A DNA stretch of 64,000 nucleotides, taken from assembly GCA_963717145.1 (NCBI GenBank), contig OY970325.1, positions 1,088,001 to 1,152,000 on the forward strand. The letters run 5' to 3'. This DNA comes from an uncultured Armatimonadetes bacterium (lineage in GTDB: Bacteria > Armatimonadota > UBA5829 > DTJY01). Shown here one piece after another: positions 10,039 through 21,681 of the stretch; within the stretch, counting starts at the first letter, position 1; the number at the start of each line of letters is the position of its first letter. A program made the position numbers and the translations under genes. The notes below the pieces were generated by a model. The model saw nothing but the letters and a program-made list of their open reading frames with translations. It was not told the origin of the DNA and ran no database searches.

Positions 10039-11486
10039 AAGACGAGCCAACCATCTTCGAACTGAGTTCACCCGGGCGGATCGGTGTCAGCCTCCCCGAG
10101 AGCGATGTGCCTCACCAGGACGCCGAGGGCATCCTGGGCACATCTGTCCGCGATTCTCTCGCGCTCCCTGAGGTCAGCCAGGTGGACGTGATTCGCCACT
10201 ATACGCATCTCTCGACGATCAACTACGGGATTGACACCGGCTTCTACCCGCTCGGCTCCTGCACGATGAAGTACAACCCCAAGATCAACGAGCAGTTGGC
10301 GGCTCTGCCCGGGCTCTCCATGCTCCATCCGTACCAGGACGAGGCGGCCAGCCAGGGGATCCTTCGGCTGCTCCACGATATGGGGCGCTTCCTTGCGGAG
10401 ATCGGCGGGATGGACGCGGTCACACTTCAGCCGGCGGCGGGGGCTCAAGGCGAACTCGTGGCCATGATGATCTTCAAACGACACCATGACAGGGTGGGGG
10501 AGGGTCACCGGCGCATAGTCATCGTTCCCGACTCCTCCCACGGGACGAATCCCGCTACGGCCGCCCGAGCCGGTTACGAGGTGAGGACGGTGGTTTCCGG
10601 CGCGGATGGACGAGTGGACGTGGAGGCTCTTAAGGCGGAACTGTCGGATCAGGTTGCAGCCGTCATGCTCACGAATCCGAACACGCTTGGGCTTTTCGAG
10701 AGCGAGGTTGCACAGATCACGAAATGCGTCCACGATGCCGGCGCACTCGCGTACTGCGACGGCGCCAATATGAACGCCATCCTCGGGATCAGTCGGCCCG
10801 GTGACATGGGCTTCGATGCGATGCATTTCAACCTGCACAAGACTTTTTCCTCGCCACACGGGGGTGGGGGACCGGGTTCGGGTCCCGTCGCCGTAAAGGA
10901 TTTCCTTTCGCGATATCTGCCTGTGCCGATCGTGGAGGACCGCGACGGCCGCATTCTCCTCATCAACGACAGGCCCGATTCCATCGGCAGGGTGCATGCG
11001 TTCTATGGCAATATCGGGGTGATCGTCAGGGCCTATCTCTACATCATGAGTCTCGGCGCGGAAGGACTCCGATCGGTAGCTGAGAATGCGGTTCTGAATG
11101 CCAACTACCTGCTGGCACGGATGGAGGGCGCCTATGACGTGCCCTATGGCCACCGATGCATGCATGAGTTCGTCGCATCGGCTCAGAGGCAGAAGCTGAG
11201 GGGCGTCAAGGCGATGGACATCCTCAAGCGGCTCATGGACTTCGGCTTCCATCCTCCCACGGTTTACTTCCCTCTGATCGTACCCGAGGCGCTCATGATC
11301 GAGCCCACCGAGACGGAGAGCAGAGAGACCCTCGATGCATTCGCCGATGCGATGTTGACGATCGCGCAGGAGGTCGAGACGAATCCCGAAGTGGTAACAT
11401 CCGCTCCGCACAACACATACCGCCGGCACGTGGATGAAGCCCAGGCCGCTCGTAAGCTGGAGTTGACATGGGAACCTGGCGACTGA
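10035..11486 (+). CDS. gcvPB: Glycine dehydrogenase subunit 2
   Basis: YPLGSCTMKYNP, HGTNPAT, NLHKTFSSPHGGGGPG (PLP Lys), MIEPTETE. Confidence 0.95.
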   Translation: MKDEPTIFELSSPGRIGVSLPESDVPHQDAEGILGTSVRDSLALPEVSQVDVIRHYTHLSTINYGIDTGFYPLGSCTMKYNPKINEQLAALPGLSMLHPYQDEAASQGILRLLHDMGRFLAEIGGMDAVTLQPAAGAQGELVAMMIFKRHHDRVGEGHRRIVIVPDSSHGTNPATAARAGYEVRTVVSGADGRVDVEALKAELSDQVAAVMLTNPNTLGLFESEVAQITKCVHDAGALAYCDGANMNAILGISRPGDMGFDAMHFNLHKTFSSPHGGGGPGSGPVAVKDFLSRYLPVPIVEDRDGRILLINDRPDSIGRVHAFYGNIGVIVRAYLYIMSLGAEGLRSVAENAVLNANYLLARMEGAYDVPYGHRCMHEFVASAQRQKLRGVKAMDILKRLMDFGFHPPTVYFPLIVPEALMIEPTETESRETLDAFADAMLTIAQEVETNPEVVTSAPHNTYRRHVDEAQAARKLELTWEPGD

Positions 11487-12223
11487 TCTGCGACGGTGAC
11501 AGGAACGCGGCCATGAACATGGCCGTCGACGAAGCCATCATGGCGGCACACCTCAATGGCCGATGTCCGCCCACCCTGCGACTCTACGGATGGGAGCGCC
11601 CCTCGCTCTCCTTCGGCTACTTCCAGGACATCGCTCGCGGCGGAATAGACCTGGATTTCTGTCAGGAGGCCGGAATCCAACTTGTCCGAAGGCCCACAGG
11701 GGGCCGCGCGGTGCTTCACGGGCACGATGTCACCTTCAGCATCGTCATATTGGAGACGGAGCTGCCGGATGATCACAGAAGCGTGCTCGGCAGCCATACC
11801 TGGCTCATGGGAGGAATAGTCGAGGGATTGAGAGCGCTCGGGATCGATGCCCGACTCGGAGGCGCGGAGGGCTCGCCCTCCGCGAAGAGTGCGGACTGCT
11901 TTGCCCATGCGGCTGCCTGTGACATCGTGGTGGGAGCGCGCAAGGTCGCCGGCTCGGCGCAGGTCCGACGGCATGGGGTGATCCTCGAGCAGGGATCGAT
12001 CCCATTTCGCCGTCCGGAGGTCGAACCTTCCCGCGTTTACGGTCGTCAGATGGATGAAGATTGTGAGCTGCTTCCCGGTCTTGATCGAAGATCTATCGAG
12101 GATGCGATCGTCCTCGGGTTTCGAGACAGCCAGGGAATCGAGATGATCGAGCATCCGCTCTCTCCACAAGAGATCCGGGCTGCCGAGGTCCTCGCCGCGA
12201 CCAAGGTCAGCGATCAGCAGTGA
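11468..12223 (+). CDS. Lipoate-protein ligase/octanoyltransferase family (LipM/LplA-like)
   Basis: NMAVDEAI, PTLRLYGW, VRRPTGGRAVLH, KVAGSAQ; follows the gcv genes. Confidence 0.88.
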   Translation: MGTWRLICDGDRNAAMNMAVDEAIMAAHLNGRCPPTLRLYGWERPSLSFGYFQDIARGGIDLDFCQEAGIQLVRRPTGGRAVLHGHDVTFSIVILETELPDDHRSVLGSHTWLMGGIVEGLRALGIDARLGGAEGSPSAKSADCFAHAAACDIVVGARKVAGSAQVRRHGVILEQGSIPFRRPEVEPSRVYGRQMDEDCELLPGLDRRSIEDAIVLGFRDSQGIEMIEHPLSPQEIRAAEVLAATKVSDQQ

Positions 12224-12228
12224 CTCTG

Positions 12229-12400
12229 GGGTGCATTCGAGCTGAGTGGGTGGCGACCGTCTCTCGTTATGCCACCAGAGTGGCTACTCGAGACTAGACG
12301 GTTGGGGTTTGGAGACACTGGCATACCACCCAACCGTTCTCCTCGAGTAGCCACTCTGGTGGCATAACGAGAGGCTAGCCCACTCTGCGGAAATGCACCC
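12229..12400. mobile_element. MITE (172 bp, non-autonomous)
   Basis: Imperfect 22-bp terminal IRs starting GGGTGCATT; 9-bp direct repeat GTGACTCTG at 12220-12228 and 12401-12409; internal perfect 32-bp IR. Confidence 0.85.
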
Positions 12401-12417
12401 GTGACTCTGCACATTCG

Positions 12418-12446
12418 TTGACACGAGAGAGCGGCCATGCTATACT
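12418..12446 (+). promoter_or_regulatory. sigma70 promoter (extended -10)
   Basis: TTGACA-17 bp-TATACT, with TGn before the -10. Confidence 0.75.
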
Positions 12447-12476
12447 AACTGCGATTGTCTTACAGGAGGACACCTT

Positions 12477-12887
12477 ATGCCGCGGAAGATTCTTACCGTC
12501 GACGACGAGAAACACATAGTCCGGCTGATCCAGGTCAATCTGGAGCGCCACGGATACGAAGTCGTGACGGCCTTTGACGGTCGGGAAGCGCTCACAAAGG
12601 TTGATGAAGAGCGTCCCGACCTGGTGATTCTCGACGTCATGATGCCGTATATGGACGGGTTCGAGGTGCTGCAGAACCTCAAGCGGAACCCCGGCACTCG
12701 AGATATTCCTGTGATAATGCTAACGGCGAAGGCTCAAGATGCCGATGTATTTAAGGGATGGCAGTCGGGCGTTGACTGCTACCTTACGAAGCCTTTCAAC
12801 CCGATGGAGTTGATATCGTTCGTACAGCGCATCTTCAAGTCGTTGGAGCAGGACGACTTCGGCGGAAAGCGCTACGAGCTGAAGTAA
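12477..12887 (+). CDS. Single-domain response regulator receiver
   Basis: ILTVDDE, PDLVILDVMMP, MLTAK, YLTKPF; RBS AGGAGG. Confidence 0.93.
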   Translation: MPRKILTVDDEKHIVRLIQVNLERHGYEVVTAFDGREALTKVDEERPDLVILDVMMPYMDGFEVLQNLKRNPGTRDIPVIMLTAKAQDADVFKGWQSGVDCYLTKPFNPMELISFVQRIFKSLEQDDFGGKRYELK

Positions 12888-12910
12888 CATTATCTTATCG
12901 AGGGGTGGCA

Positions 12911-13141
12911 ATGTCTGAAGATACCGTATGCTGTCTCGGCGACAACGCAAAATGGCCGACTGTTGTGGGTATCACAGCCGGAGTGGTCGGTGGCTTGCTC
13001 GTGGGTCTATATCTCTACATGCGGGCGCAGGAAGACGCAGAAATCCCGGTCCGCGACGCGAAGGATGTTATAGCGCAGTGCTATGAGAAGATCCAGGAGA
13101 TCGAGTCGGGGCTCAGCAGCCTGAGGCAGCCGGCCACCTGA
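12911..13141 (+). CDS. Small single-TM protein
   Basis: One hydrophobic helix followed by a charged helix; directly follows the response regulator. Confidence 0.6.
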   Translation: MSEDTVCCLGDNAKWPTVVGITAGVVGGLLVGLYLYMRAQEDAEIPVRDAKDVIAQCYEKIQEIESGLSSLRQPAT

Positions 13142-13306
13142 CGAGTCTCGAAGAAGCCGAAGAGAATTGCTGAACGAGGGGCATGGATACGCGATCCTGC
13201 CCCTCGTTTGTTTGTGGAGCAGCAGGGGATGAGAGGCCATCCGGTCGAATCGAAATCCACAGTCCGATAATATATCTTATGTTAACTCACTGGTCCTGAA
13301 CGCAAG

Positions 13307-13339
13307 AAAGGCGGCCCGGAGACTATCCGGACCGCCTTT
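13307..13339. terminator. Intrinsic terminator between convergent genes
   Basis: AAAGGCGGCCCGGA...TCCGGACCGCCTTT hairpin. Confidence 0.6.
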
Positions 13340-13352
13340 ACGATGTCATCCC

Positions 13353-13922
13353 CTACTGCGTATCGAAGTCTTCGCCTACCGCGGCCTGTTGCAGGACCGA
13401 TTCCGCGACGTAGATCGGCGCCTTTGCCCTCAGTGCCAGAGCGATCGCATCACTCGGGCGCGAGTCGATGTCCACGAGATTCCCGTTGTTCCCAACCGAA
13501 ATCTTCGCGTAGTACGTCTCATGCCACAGGTCGTCGATCACAATCCGCTCCATGCGACCTCCGAGTCGATCCACGAGGTTCTTCATCAGGTCGTGAGTCA
13601 TCGGACGATCTGGCGTAGCGCCTTCCAGAGCCAGTGAGATGGCATATGCCTCATACCGGCCAATCCAGATCAGCACCTGACGCCCACGGCTATCTCTGAG
13701 AAGGACGAATGCAGCCGCCTCCATGCCTTGCTCCAGATGCTCGTACACACCCATGACCTTGACTTCCTTCTCGTCGAGGTCTCGAGGCGTTCGATTCTCC
13801 ACCTCGGAGTCGAACGATCTGTCCGGACTCTCTAAGCCACCCAGATCCGGTTGCGCATCCTGCGGCATACCATTATCCAGATTATCTTCAGGTTCTCGAT
13901 CGAACGGCTGTTCGTTTTCCAC
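13353..13922 (-). CDS. Bifunctional nuclease family (DUF151)
   Basis: IWIGRYEAYAI, RPMTHDL, DSRPSDAIALALR. Confidence 0.9.
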   Translation of the reverse strand: MENEQPFDREPEDNLDNGMPQDAQPDLGGLESPDRSFDSEVENRTPRDLDEKEVKVMGVYEHLEQGMEAAAFVLLRDSRGRQVLIWIGRYEAYAISLALEGATPDRPMTHDLMKNLVDRLGGRMERIVIDDLWHETYYAKISVGNNGNLVDIDSRPSDAIALALRAKAPIYVAESVLQQAAVGEDFDTQ

Positions 13923-14000
13923 GAAACTACCCTCCGCTGCATTACCGGCCCACGGCTTTCTCTTACTATTATGGCCGTTGTTACCCTAGAATGCAGTGCG

Positions 14001-15290
14001 CTAATCCAGGTCTGAACTCTTGATCGTCTTGTCGACAATCTTAAGGAACTCGCCGTTATTCTTAGTATGCGCCAGTCTGTCGATCAACAGCTCGGTAGCC
14101 TCAGCGCTTCCGAGAGCCGCGAGCAGGCGATGGAGCTGCCAGATCCGCTTCAACGTGTCTTCGTCGTACAGCAATTCGTCATGGCGGGTGCCTGAGCGCT
14201 TGACGTCGATCGCGGGGTATATCCTCCGCTCCGCCAGACTCCTGTCGAGCACGAGTTCCGTGTTGCCGGTAGCCTTGAACTCCTCGAAGATGGCGTCGTC
14301 CATGCGGCTTCCGGTCTCGACCAGTGCGGTGGCCAGCACTGTAAGGCTTCCGCCCTCCTCGATGTTCCGCGCGGCGCCGAAGAACCTCTTCGGTCGATAG
14401 AGCGCAGATGGATCGAGTCCGCCGGAGAGCGTTCGTCCGCTCGGCGTGACAGTCAGGTTCGAGGCGCGTGCAAGCCTGGTAAGGCTATCGAGCAGAACTA
14501 CTACATCCTTGCCCGATTCCACGAGACGTTTGGCCTTGTCGAGCACCATTTCCGATACCCGCATGTGGTTCTCCGGCATTTCGTCGAACGTGGAACTGAT
14601 GACCTCGCCCTTGACCGACCGGCGGATGTCTGTGACCTCTTCCGGACGCTCGTCGATCAGTAAGACCATCAGCACGATCTCCGGATGGTTTGCCGTTACG
14701 CTGTTGGCGATCGTCTTGAGCAGGGTCGTCTTGCCGGCCTTGGGGGGCGCAACGATCAGACCGCGCTGACCCTTGCCGATCGGAGCGATCATGTCGATGA
14801 ACCGGGCGGAGATATTCTTTGCGTCGGTCTCCAGAATGATGCGCTCGTTCGGGTAGATCGGCGTCAGATCATCGAAATTGACCCTCTTCCGTGCCACCTC
14901 GGGGTCGAGCCCGTTGACGGCCTCCACACGAAGCAGACCGAAGTACTTTTCGCTGTCCTTGGGCGGGCGGACCTGCCCGGAGACCATGTCGCCGGTCTTC
15001 AGACCGAATCGCTTGATCTGAGACTGCGAGACGTAGATATCCTCGGGGTCCGGGGCAAAGTTCTTGTTGTGGCGCAGGAATCCCCAGCCGTCCGGGAGTA
15101 TCTCCAGAGTGCCCTGGCTGAATATCAAGCCACTCTGCTCGGTTTGCGCCTGGAGTATCTTGAAGACGAGTTCCTGCTTCTGCAGGTCGCCCTCATCGAT
15201 TCCTATGCCGAGTTCTTTTGCGATGTCCTGGATCTCTTCAACGCTCTTGGTTTCGAGATCTACTAGCTCTAGTGCCTCCATATGGGCCAC
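14001..15290 (-). CDS. rho: Transcription termination factor Rho
   Basis: GWGFLR, PIGKGQRGLIVAPPKAGKT, LIDERPEEVT, FFGAARNIEEGGSLT. Confidence 0.98.
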   Translation of the reverse strand: MAHMEALELVDLETKSVEEIQDIAKELGIGIDEGDLQKQELVFKILQAQTEQSGLIFSQGTLEILPDGWGFLRHNKNFAPDPEDIYVSQSQIKRFGLKTGDMVSGQVRPPKDSEKYFGLLRVEAVNGLDPEVARKRVNFDDLTPIYPNERIILETDAKNISARFIDMIAPIGKGQRGLIVAPPKAGKTTLLKTIANSVTANHPEIVLMVLLIDERPEEVTDIRRSVKGEVISSTFDEMPENHMRVSEMVLDKAKRLVESGKDVVVLLDSLTRLARASNLTVTPSGRTLSGGLDPSALYRPKRFFGAARNIEEGGSLTVLATALVETGSRMDDAIFEEFKATGNTELVLDRSLAERRIYPAIDVKRSGTRHDELLYDEDTLKRIWQLHRLLAALGSAEATELLIDRLAHTKNNGEFLKIVDKTIKSSDLD

Positions 15291-15532
15291 ACCTCGTTTG
15301 TTAGAAGATTATGAGCGGCACCACATGTGCCGGAAGAGTGAGTTCTGAGAATGAACGAACGTCAGCCTGAGAAACCTGAATGGGAACGGCTGCTGTCTTG
15401 AGGTAAAAACGATACCCGGCGGCAACTTGCCGCCAAAATGGGGAAGGTTCTCTTTCCACCGTAATCATACCATATCTCACAGCTTCTTGTCTACGCAATT
15501 CATCGCGATGTTTTCAAAAAGCTGCGCATGGC

Positions 15533-16075
15533 CTAACCGCTTTCCTCCCTCAACACGCCGACAAACGGCAGATTTCGGTAGAAGCCCTCATAGTCGAGGC
15601 CGTAACCGATCACAAACTTGTCAGGGATCACAAAGCCAACATAGTCCGCGCTGATATCAGTCTCGCGCCGGCTGGGTTTGTCCAGCAGCGTGCAGATCCT
15701 GACGCTGGCAGCCTTGCGCCTCACGAGATTGTCCGTCAGATAGCTGAGTTTCAGCGTCAGCCCGGTGTCGATGATATCCTCGACGATGAGAACATGCTTG
15801 CCCTCTACGCTCTCATCCAAGTCCTTGATGATGCGTACCTCACCCGATGTCCGGGTGGACTTGCCATAGCTCGAGATGGCCACGAAATCGATCTCGACCG
15901 GGATGGAGATCGCTCGAATCAGGTCCGCCATGAAGACGAAGGCGCCCTTCAGAATACCGACCAGCACGAGGCTCTCTCCCGCATAGTCGGCTGATATCTG
16001 TCTGCCAAGCTCTGAAACGCGGGCTGACAACTGCTCGGGGGTGAACAACGTCTCCGACACACGGTCCTCGCACAT
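15533..16075 (-). CDS. hpt: Hypoxanthine phosphoribosyltransferase
   Basis: ILKGAFVFMADL, VLIVEDIIDTGLT, FVIGYGLD. Confidence 0.95.
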   Translation of the reverse strand: MCEDRVSETLFTPEQLSARVSELGRQISADYAGESLVLVGILKGAFVFMADLIRAISIPVEIDFVAISSYGKSTRTSGEVRIIKDLDESVEGKHVLIVEDIIDTGLTLKLSYLTDNLVRRKAASVRICTLLDKPSRRETDISADYVGFVIPDKFVIGYGLDYEGFYRNLPFVGVLREESG

Positions 16076-16080
16076 CAGGG

Positions 16081-17628
16081 CTACTCCCATTCGATGGTGG
16101 ACGGGGGCTTCGAGCTTACGTCATACAGCAAGCGGTTTACCCCTTTTACCTCATTGATAACCCGATTGCTGATCCGTTCCAACAATTCGTAGGGAAGCCG
16201 CGCCCAATCCGCCGTCATCGCATCCTCACTCGTGACGGCGCGCAGCACGATGGGATACGAATATGTGCGCTGATCGCCCATCACCCCGACGCTGCGAACG
16301 CACGGAAGGACCGCGAAGACCTGCCACAGCTTGCGATAGAGGCCGGCGTTCTTGATCTCCTCGATGATGATCGCATCCGCCTCACGCAGGATGTCGAGCC
16401 GCTCCTTGTTCACGTCACCGATGATGCGTATGCCCAGTCCCGGCCCGGGGAAAGGATGTCGCCAGGTGATCTCCTCAGGAAGGCCCAGCTCGTCCCCCAC
16501 CCTTCGCACTTCATCCTTGAACAGATTCCTCAGGGGCTCGACCAGGTGAAACTCCATGTCATCAGGCAATCCACCGACGTTGTGGTGCGTCTTGATCATC
16601 GCGGCGGTCTTGGTGCCACTCTCGATCACGTCCGGATAGAGCGTGCCCTGTGCCAGGTACTGCACCTCGCCGAGCTTGCAGGCCTCTTCCTCGAAGACAC
16701 GGACGAACTCCTCGCCGATGACCTTGCGCTTCTGCTCAGGCTCGGTCACACCCGAGAGCTTCGAGAGGAACCGCTCCTCGGCATCGACATAGACAAGCTT
16801 GATGTTGAACGCTCCGGCGAACGTCGCGCGGACCTTCTCCGATTCACCCTTGCGCAGCAGGCCGTGGTTGACGAAGATGCAAGTCAATTGCTCACCAATT
16901 GCGCGATGCACCAGGGCGGCAACCACCGAGGAATCCACACCGCCGCTGAGTCCGCAGACGACCTGACCGTCCTTCACCTGCGCCCTTACGGCCGCAGTCG
17001 CGTCCTCGATGAATGAAGACATAGTCCACAGTCCCTGGCAACCGCACGGGCCGTAGAGGAAATTGCGGAGAATCTCAGTCCCTCTCGGCGTATGAGCGAC
17101 CTCAGGATGGAACTGCACGGCGTAGAGCTTCCGCTCGGGGTTCGACATCGAGGCAACCGGTGTATTGCCGCTGCGGGCGAGCACCTTGAATCCGGGCGGT
17201 GGCTCTCGGACGGCGTCTCCGTGGCTCATCCAGCACACGAGGCTGCGCTCCAGGCCCTTGAACAGGTCGCCGTCATCGAGCACATCCAGATCGGTCTTGC
17301 CGTACTCGCGCTTCTCGCCCGGCACGACCTTTCCGCCGAGCATATGGCCCATGAGCTGCATGCCGTAGCATATCCCGAGGATAGGGATGCCGAGGTCGAA
17401 GATCCCCGGATCGCACGACGGCGCACCCGGTTCGTAGACGCTCGAAGGGCCGCCCGAGAAGACAATCCCCTTGGGACTCAGCGCCTTCAACTCCTCTGCG
17501 GGAGTGTCGAAAGGCATGATCTCGGAGTAGACCCGGCACTCACGAATACGCCTGGCGATGAGTTGGCTATACTGAGCGCCGAAATCGAGAACGACAACGA
17601 GTTCCTGTTGTTGGATCGGATTGGTCAT
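16081..17628 (-). CDS. guaA: GMP synthase (glutamine-hydrolysing)
   Basis: [46 protein letters not shown]. Confidence 0.98.
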   Translation of the reverse strand: MTNPIQQQELVVVLDFGAQYSQLIARRIRECRVYSEIMPFDTPAEELKALSPKGIVFSGGPSSVYEPGAPSCDPGIFDLGIPILGICYGMQLMGHMLGGKVVPGEKREYGKTDLDVLDDGDLFKGLERSLVCWMSHGDAVREPPPGFKVLARSGNTPVASMSNPERKLYAVQFHPEVAHTPRGTEILRNFLYGPCGCQGLWTMSSFIEDATAAVRAQVKDGQVVCGLSGGVDSSVVAALVHRAIGEQLTCIFVNHGLLRKGESEKVRATFAGAFNIKLVYVDAEERFLSKLSGVTEPEQKRKVIGEEFVRVFEEEACKLGEVQYLAQGTLYPDVIESGTKTAAMIKTHHNVGGLPDDMEFHLVEPLRNLFKDEVRRVGDELGLPEEITWRHPFPGPGLGIRIIGDVNKERLDILREADAIIIEEIKNAGLYRKLWQVFAVLPCVRSVGVMGDQRTYSYPIVLRAVTSEDAMTADWARLPYELLERISNRVINEVKGVNRLLYDVSSKPPSTIEWE

Positions 17629-17762
17629 ATGAGAAAAAGGGAGATGCAGTCAATGCGTAACTTAGTGACCGCGGAGCGTGCAGCGTTATTCTAGCAGAGC
17701 AATCCGGCCCTGTCAAGGGATTGTGTATTGCGCGGGACTTTTCTTGGCCCTATTGTCTCAGC

Positions 17763-17877
17763 CTCGATGGGGATGGATTCCACATCCATCCCCATCGAGA
17801 AGTCACGTAGTGGCCGTGCCTCTGTGCCGGCCATGCAACGTAACTGGCCGGCACAGAGGCACGGCCACTACGTGACT
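17763..17877. repeat. Two adjacent hairpins: GGGGATGGA-type IR and a GTAG-REP doublet
   Basis: 16-bp IR 17763-17799; perfect 33-bp IR 17801-17833/17845-17877. Confidence 0.8.
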
Positions 17878-17885
17878 CTATATCA

Positions 17886-19833
<1,948 letters not shown>

Positions 19834-19864
19834 AACGTGAACACCTCCATTCAGAATTCGGTTC

Positions 19865-19891
19865 TTAGCACTCCGACCAGCCGAGTGCTAA
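19865..19891. promoter_or_regulatory. CIRCE (HrcA operator)
   Basis: Perfect TTAGCACTC-N9-GAGTGCTAA upstream of groES. Confidence 0.96.
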
Positions 19892-19931
19892 ACCGTATGA
19901 TAGCACGATCCTATGATGCTGTGCAACCCTT

Positions 19932-20019
19932 GGCGTGGACCGTAGGGGCGATCCTTCAACGGTCGCCCGGTTGCACATCCGCGGGCGACCGTTGAAGGAT
20001 CGCCCCTACGGTCCACGCC
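19932..20019. repeat. GTAG-REP doublet
   Basis: Perfect 38-bp IR; each arm contains GTAG-GGGCGATC-cttcaac-GGTCGCCC. Confidence 0.85.
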
Positions 20020-20024
20020 GAAGA

Positions 20025-20852
20025 TCAGGGCTTGAGCTTCAAAATCCCAGGGTCGAGATCCGGATCGACCGGTGGCGGCGCGCCGAGCATCTGGGCAAAC
20101 ATCTGGGCGTTCTGCGCGGCCTTGCCCTGGTAGTGGTTATTGAAGAAGAGATACGCCTCCTTCGCCTTCGATGCGAGCCGCTTCACCTTCGGCTCCCACT
20201 CCTCCAGCTCGTCCCGGGAGTAGAGGTAATCGTACCGCTGCCACGCCGCCTCGTGCTCGAACCATTTCTCCGCATTCCGCCCATGGAACCGGACATAGGC
20301 GAGGTCGGACGTAGCCATCGCCACGCTCGGCATCAGTCCACGCAATCTCGGCTCGTCTACACAACAATACCCGATTCCCAGATCTTTGAGCAGGGCGAAT
20401 GTCTCCTCCGAGGCCCACGAGTAGTTCCGGAACTCGACCACGAGTGGAATATCGCCGAACTCACCCCGGAGTTGGCGCACTCTGGACGCGTTCGTCTCGG
20501 TCCTCTTGAAGCTCCAGGGATACTGCGCCAACAGGCACCCCAGCTTGCGAGCGTCGATCAATGGCTGCACTGACTCCACGAACTGCCGGCACACCGAAAG
20601 GTCCACGTCGGGAGCGTGTGTGATGTCTTTGTTCGCCTTCACCGAGAACCGGAAGCCATCCGGCGTCTTCTGGGCCATGCGCTCGAAGGTCGAGGGCGGC
20701 GGGATACCGTAGTACGATGAGTTGATCTCCACCGCCCGGAATTTCCTGGCGTAGTACGCCAGCATGTCGGCCTTCTTCATATCGTTCGGGTAGAAGAAGC
20801 CGCGCCAGTCGTCGTAACTGAAGCCGGATGTCCCGATCAGTATGTCACCCAT
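20025..20852 (-). CDS. DUF72 family protein
   Basis: IGTSGFSYDDW, VEINSSYY, VEFRN, YVRFHGRN, YDYLYS, FFNNH. Confidence 0.9.
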   Translation of the reverse strand: MGDILIGTSGFSYDDWRGFFYPNDMKKADMLAYYARKFRAVEINSSYYGIPPPSTFERMAQKTPDGFRFSVKANKDITHAPDVDLSVCRQFVESVQPLIDARKLGCLLAQYPWSFKRTETNASRVRQLRGEFGDIPLVVEFRNYSWASEETFALLKDLGIGYCCVDEPRLRGLMPSVAMATSDLAYVRFHGRNAEKWFEHEAAWQRYDYLYSRDELEEWEPKVKRLASKAKEAYLFFNNHYQGKAAQNAQMFAQMLGAPPPVDPDLDPGILKLKP

Positions 20853-20866
20853 CAGATGTGTGCTCG

Positions 20867-21664
20867 TCAGGCCGCCCGGATTATACCCATGAAATCGGCG
20901 ACCTTCAAACTCGCCCCACCGACGAGCGCGCCATCGATGTCCGGCTGGCTGAGCAGGTCCTCCGCGTTGTCGGGCTTGACACTGCCGCCGTACTGGACTC
21001 TCAACTTCTCCGCGGGTGCATGGCCGAACATCGAGCGCACGACCCCGCGGATCATGCCGCATACGCGCTGGGCCTCGGGGGTATCGCACACCTCGCCCGT
21101 ACCGATCGCCCACACCGGCTCATATGCGATGACCATGCCGGCCGCCTGCTCGGCGGTGAGTCCCTTCAGGCCCTTTTCGACCTGACTGCGGATCACGTCA
21201 TCGGTCTTCCCTGCCTTGCGCTCGTCGAGGGTTTCACCACAGCACATGATCGGCTTCAGACCAGCCGCGAGTGCGGCGAGGGTCTTGATGTTGACGCTCT
21301 CATCGGTCTCGCCGAAGTGCTTGAGGAGCGTGTCGGTCGTGCCCTCCTCGACCTTGCCGAACCGTCCACGGGTCTCCGAGTGGCCGATGATCGCGTAGGT
21401 GCAGCCGGCATCCAGCAACATCCCGCACGATATCTGGCTGGTGTACGCGCCGTGGTCCTTCCAGAACACATCCTGAGCGCCGACGCCGGCCCGAGAGCCC
21501 ATGAGCGTCCGTGCGACCTCGTAGATCGCGGTGTACGGCGGGCAGACGATGATCTCGGCCTTCTCGACGGAAGCAGCCTCGGTCCGAAGGTTCTCGACGA
21601 AATCGACGGCCTCACCGACGGTCTTGTTCATCTTCCAGTTGCCGGCAATCAGAGGTTTACGCAT
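20867..21664 (-). CDS. tpiA: Triosephosphate isomerase
   Basis: AGNWKM, GHSE, AYEPVWAIGTG, YGGSV, LVGGASL. Confidence 0.97.
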   Translation of the reverse strand: MRKPLIAGNWKMNKTVGEAVDFVENLRTEAASVEKAEIIVCPPYTAIYEVARTLMGSRAGVGAQDVFWKDHGAYTSQISCGMLLDAGCTYAIIGHSETRGRFGKVEEGTTDTLLKHFGETDESVNIKTLAALAAGLKPIMCCGETLDERKAGKTDDVIRSQVEKGLKGLTAEQAAGMVIAYEPVWAIGTGEVCDTPEAQRVCGMIRGVVRSMFGHAPAEKLRVQYGGSVKPDNAEDLLSQPDIDGALVGGASLKVADFMGIIRAA

Positions 21665-21681
21665 AATTCAGATATCCTTTC

